From positions 1 through 64,000 of the forward strand of contig JAAILG010001222.1 in the NCBI GenBank assembly GCA_012026655.1: a DNA stretch of 64,000 bases, in the 5' to 3' direction. A program made the position numbers and the translations under genes. This DNA comes from Hydrolagus affinis. Lineage: Eukaryota. Position 1 is the stretch's first letter; every line of letters begins with the position of its first letter. Under the pieces are notes generated by a model. That model was not told where the DNA came from and did no database searches. It saw nothing but the letters and a program-made list of their open reading frames with translations. Below, piece after piece: positions 62,560 through 64,000 of the stretch.

Positions 62560-62945
62560 CCACTTTTTTCCCTTCTACTCCTGAAGGTGCCTTATTTATC
62601 AAGTGGGAATATAGTTGGCACTGGCAGCACTCTGGTTACCTTGCCAAATGGCCATTCTTGTGTGAGACCAGATAGTGATTCTCAGCAGGCTGTTTGCCAC
62701 AGGGGAATTTGACAGCCAAGCCTGATCCCATCCTCATTCAATTTCCCAGTCATGGTCACAGGACAGCAATCATCAGGTGGACGGACCTTTGCCTATTTAC
62801 TCTGTCTCTTGTCCAGGAACAATCAGGCTGAATGAATCATGAGATCATCATGGCTGAAACTTTGAACTTTGAAACTTTGAACCTTTCTGCTCTGTATGGC
62901 TCAGTATCACACAGGGTGGTTGATTTACTCATCAAGCCAATGGAG
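62560..62945 (-). mobile_element. AmnSINE2-like SINE, near full length, decayed
   Basis: cctgaaggtgc..ctggcagcactctggttaccttgccaaatggccattcttgtgtgagaccagatagtga..cagccaagcctgatcccatcctca..acctttctgctctgtatggctcagtatcacacagg. Confidence 0.75.
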
Positions 62946-63184
62946 TTATCTGCTTTCAAATTATTCTTATTTTAAAACTGAGTATGGCAGTAATGCATCC
63001 TTAATGATTCCACTTACTTGCACTGGATCTATCTTGCAGACAGCAGACAGGCAGGAACACACAACAGTACTTTCCTCAACTGGGCATAACAAGACAAGTG
63101 TCAGAGTACAAGGAGTATACCTTTAATAATATCTTATTGAACTAAACATTGGCTATGACACTGCTTCTAAGAAGTTCTGCCTCC

Positions 63185-63322
63185 AATCCATCCACTCCAT
63201 TAACTCTTTTACAATTTAAAGACGCTCTTCAAGATAAAACAATGTTAAATGATAAAATGGGGCATCGAGCACCTTGGGACATGTTGAAAGGTGTTATATA
63301 AATGTAAATTTGTATTGTATTG
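63185..63322 (+). mobile_element. L2-type 3' end fragment
   Basis: agcaccttgggacatgttgaaaggtgttatataaatgtaaatttgtattgtatt. Confidence 0.55.
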
Positions 63323-64000
63323 GAACATATGACTTCTAAAGTGTAATTATTTTAACACTGTAATTCTGTGTGTGCCATCTTAATAATTAAGTATATATTC
63401 ATCATCATTATTAATATAAATAAAGGATTGTTATCATTATTACTTTGAAAATTAAGATTTAAGTTTTTTTTAAACGCAATGGGAAATTCCATGTAGATCG
63501 CCAAGCATCATTGTTAAACTAATTTTGTTCCTGAGACGTAACATTTCTGGAAAGTTTAGCTTTAAGCAGTAATGCTATGACATGGAATCTGCTCTTTGAC
63601 CCTGCAACATTCTGCATCTAATATATTTACTTGTAACACATGTGCAGCCAAACATCAGCGCAAATACAAATCTGATTTTCTTGAGCACAATGACAAATTG
63701 CTCCCAAAGCAGCCATGGATGATTTCCTTTCACTGCATAAATGTTCATTTAAATCTAGTCATTTTAGTTGAAAATCTGTTGACACAATAAAATTCAATAA
63801 ACATCACAAGGAATCTGACTGGTTTTGTGGCTCTTTGATGCTTTCTGAGGCTTTCATAGCTTTCTGTCATTCTCCTAAATTCTTTTCTTCTCTTTGAATC
63901 TTTGAATCAGAAATTGCAATCATCAAAAGGACACAAGTTTAGAGTTTTGAAGGGCAAATTCAGGACAGACACCAGGAATTTTTTCTTTACCCAGAGAGTA

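Noticed and set aside
1-64000. Short ORFs in the six-frame track as genes
   Set aside because: All are 148 aa or shorter and many start at TTG/GTG. They overlap repeats or low-complexity tracts, and none shows a recognisable host protein motif; recurring peptides such as IKCKDYYY are SINE tail translations.

Overview
This is AT-rich vertebrate non-coding DNA. The repeat content (Deu-domain SINEs, AmnSINE2/LF-SINE-like elements, CR1, L2, Penelope-type termini) points to a cartilaginous fish, plausibly a chimaera such as Callorhinchus; that assignment is inference from recalled repeat families. I found no supportable host protein-coding exon, RNA gene or CRISPR array. The only protein-like signals are decayed LINE ORF2 fragments (L2 at ~20.4-20.7 kb; CR1 at ~57 kb and perhaps ~29 kb). 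The window is a mosaic of (i) a young ~300-bp tRNA-headed SINE with an (ATT)n tail (6 near-full copies plus many 3' fragments), (ii) an older, longer SacSINE1-like DeuSINE, (iii) five AmnSINE2-like copies and one LF-SINE-like copy, (iv) L2 and CR1 3' ends, and (v) several repeat-free, homeodomain/Sox/Meis motif-rich blocks that look like conserved non-coding enhancers of a gene desert or giant intron. There is a 100-N assembly gap at 22926-23025. The best-supported curiosities are nested insertions with target-site duplications, a 3' stem-loop shared by SINE and L2, stacking of SINE tails, decayed Penelope-type hammerhead motifs, and a bulged hairpin overlapping a CRE site in a putative enhancer. 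I do not see convincing evidence for a new multi-gene system. Family names come from recall, not database searches, and boundaries of old repeats are approximate.
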